Positions 62,230-64,000 of a stretch of 64,000 nt of DNA are shown piece after piece. The notes beneath the pieces were generated by a model. That model saw only the letters and a list, made by a program, of their open reading frames with translations, searched no databases and was not told where the DNA came from. The stretch's first letter is position 1, and each line of letters begins with the position of its first letter. Both the position numbers and the translations under genes were made by a program. Source of the stretch: Scyliorhinus canicula (taxonomy: Eukaryota). Where the stretch lies: NCBI RefSeq assembly GCF_902713615.1, contig NC_052149.1, forward strand, positions 221,939,623 through 222,003,622, written 5' to 3'.

Positions 62230-64000
62230 AAATGGATCTGTCAATGAGAGAGTATAAAATTTGGCACAGGTGCTAGCCTCAGCACCAACTGAGCACGGCA
62301 CCGATGCTGGAATGGTGTAGCAGGTGGAGGGCGGACTACTGAATGCACTTGTTTACCTTCAGAAGAGAAGCCATAACAAGCTGGAGCGTATATGAATGGG
62401 TGGTGGGATGCCCAACGTCCTAAACCTGTCCAGGTTTGAGATGGGTGCCATGGACATGGAGGAGGAAAGTCTACACGTCTCCGAGAGGCAAGAGTCTTGC
62501 AGGATGGTAAGAGTGCAGTGGGTATATATGATAGTGGGAGAGTATGCAAGAAGGGCCAAGTTGTGGCATCCAATGAGAAGTTAAAATCCTGGACACCTAT
62601 CACTTGGCCACTCATAGTGCCTCAGTGAGGCAAATGTCCATTTTGGCAAGCAGCCATCGTGCTTGCACAGACACTTAGTGATGATGTTCATAATTAACAT
62701 GTTCTGTTTCTCCCTCAGAAGCACCATCATCATAATGCACAGCTGACCCCGAGGACCCCTATCCTGGACCCCTGAGGGAGGAACCATTGAGCAATCCAAC
62801 TCAACACATCCGCTCTTTGCACCAAGCACCAACGAGGATATAGGCAATTCAGTGGGCTATGGCGTGCTACCTCAGCTTGGAGCGCACTGTGGTGAGGGCA
62901 AATTGAACTCACGTGAGGAGCTGGTCGAGGCCCAGGGCACCAGCTGTCGCAGGGCTGCAAGAGGCCAAGACTGATGATGAGAGTCTGGAGTCATCCATCA
63001 GGGAGCTGATGCTGGATGCCCAGAGGGATTTGCGGGGAGATCTGACACAGATCCCTGAAGGTTTTCATGTCAGGAGCAGGTCCATGAGGAGCTTGAGCGC
63101 TGTGTTGACCCTGAGCACTGAGTGCACAGCTTCCTTGATTGAGAGAGTGATGGCCCCCATGGAGAGGCATCTTCGGGAACAGAATCAGGAGTGCCAGGGT
63201 TGCGCTCTGGCCTGTGAGCCCACACACAGGTAATGACCTCAGGAGGTCACCAACAGTGTGTGAGATGGATGAGGTCTCTCTGCTAGTTGCCCATCCATCA
63301 CGGTGAGCAGGAAGGTCCAGACAAACCAGACGAGCTGCCTGTCACCTCTGTGGACTCCTCTCACGGTGCTCCGGGTGAGGGTGGCAGCTCCTCTGCCAGT
63401 GACTGTGGCATCTTCTGAGACCGCCACAACTGAGGATTTCCCAGCCATGTCCCTGGTCGCACCCTCCAAGGGGGAGCATGCTCAGACCCTGCCGGCCAGA
63501 GGACCAGCAAGAAGGCCATCAGAGTCAATGTGATATCAGAGTCAGCAATCTGCCTCCAATGACACTGTCAGAGAGTGGGATGGGGGAAGGTTGAGAGCAC
63601 CGTGAGCACGGGATGGCATTTTCATTGATGTCATACATTCATTTCATCAATACCATGTATTGTGTATTTCAGACTTTGTTTCATTCCTTGCTTGCAATTC
63701 TGGTGCTGAATAAATCAAGATTTTGATTCAACACCCTGAGTCTCCTTCATGTTTCCCGTAGGTGCAAGCTTCATCAGTGTCTTATGATAGACGACAGGGG
63801 CAGCAAACATTATTACAGAGGTTGTGAGACATCATTGGGTTAATGGCATTGTATTCTCAGACATTTGTCTGACGGAGGCAGTTCCCTTGCACAGAGAGGA
63901 AAGCCAAGTCTTGGCAGCCCAGCTTAAAGAGGATTGAACCAAGGCCTCTGTGGTGTCCCTGCCTCCCTGAAGGTTTGTCAAGTCTGCCTCCTCATCCTCA
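62230..64000. mobile_element. Decayed autonomous-type Harbinger transposon: Myb/SANT accessory gene remnants (+) converging on a transposase-like C-terminus (-) at the window edge
   Basis: KRSHNKLERI*MGGGMPNVLNLSRFE after a cttcag acceptor (~62362); coiled-coil-like ORF 62913-63233; minus-strand EDEEADLTNLQGGRDTTEALVQSSLS at 63999-63922. Confidence 0.55.

Noticed and set aside
57447-64000. Further upstream SLC7A2-like exons (e.g. GAATCFYAFVGFDCIATT)
   Set aside because: Not found by eye in this interval; presumably beyond the window end.

Overview
Repeat-dense vertebrate genomic DNA, almost certainly from a cartilaginous fish (catshark-like, judged from the HE1/V-SINE-type SINEs and the CR1, Penelope, Gypsy and Harbinger content). 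Two spliced host genes lie in tandem on the minus strand. (1) A complete 6-exon PDGFRL-family gene, CDS 28025->6225, 386 aa, with a signal peptide, a lysine-rich N-terminus and 3 Ig domains. (2) The last 7 coding exons of an SLC7A2/CAT-2-like cationic amino acid transporter, 57446->42357; its 5' exons lie beyond the window end. All splice sites are GT-AG and in phase. Almost all other ORFs in the track are transposon fragments or spurious. Most interesting observations: a Gypsy LTR element with no tRNA primer-binding site, whose leader instead base-pairs (15/16) with the AAUAAA-containing segment of its own LTR (self-priming and/or poly(A)-masking hairpin) and whose RT has YLDN; minimal hammerhead ribozymes in Penelope termini; a transporter showing only the low-affinity CAT-2A-type exon; a possible second SLC7A2-PDGFRL paralogous block; a ~64-copy 34-bp array fused to the 5' end of an internally deleted CR1; and tandem CTCF-like motifs past the PDGFRL 3' end. 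All family assignments come from motif recognition by eye, not from database searches.
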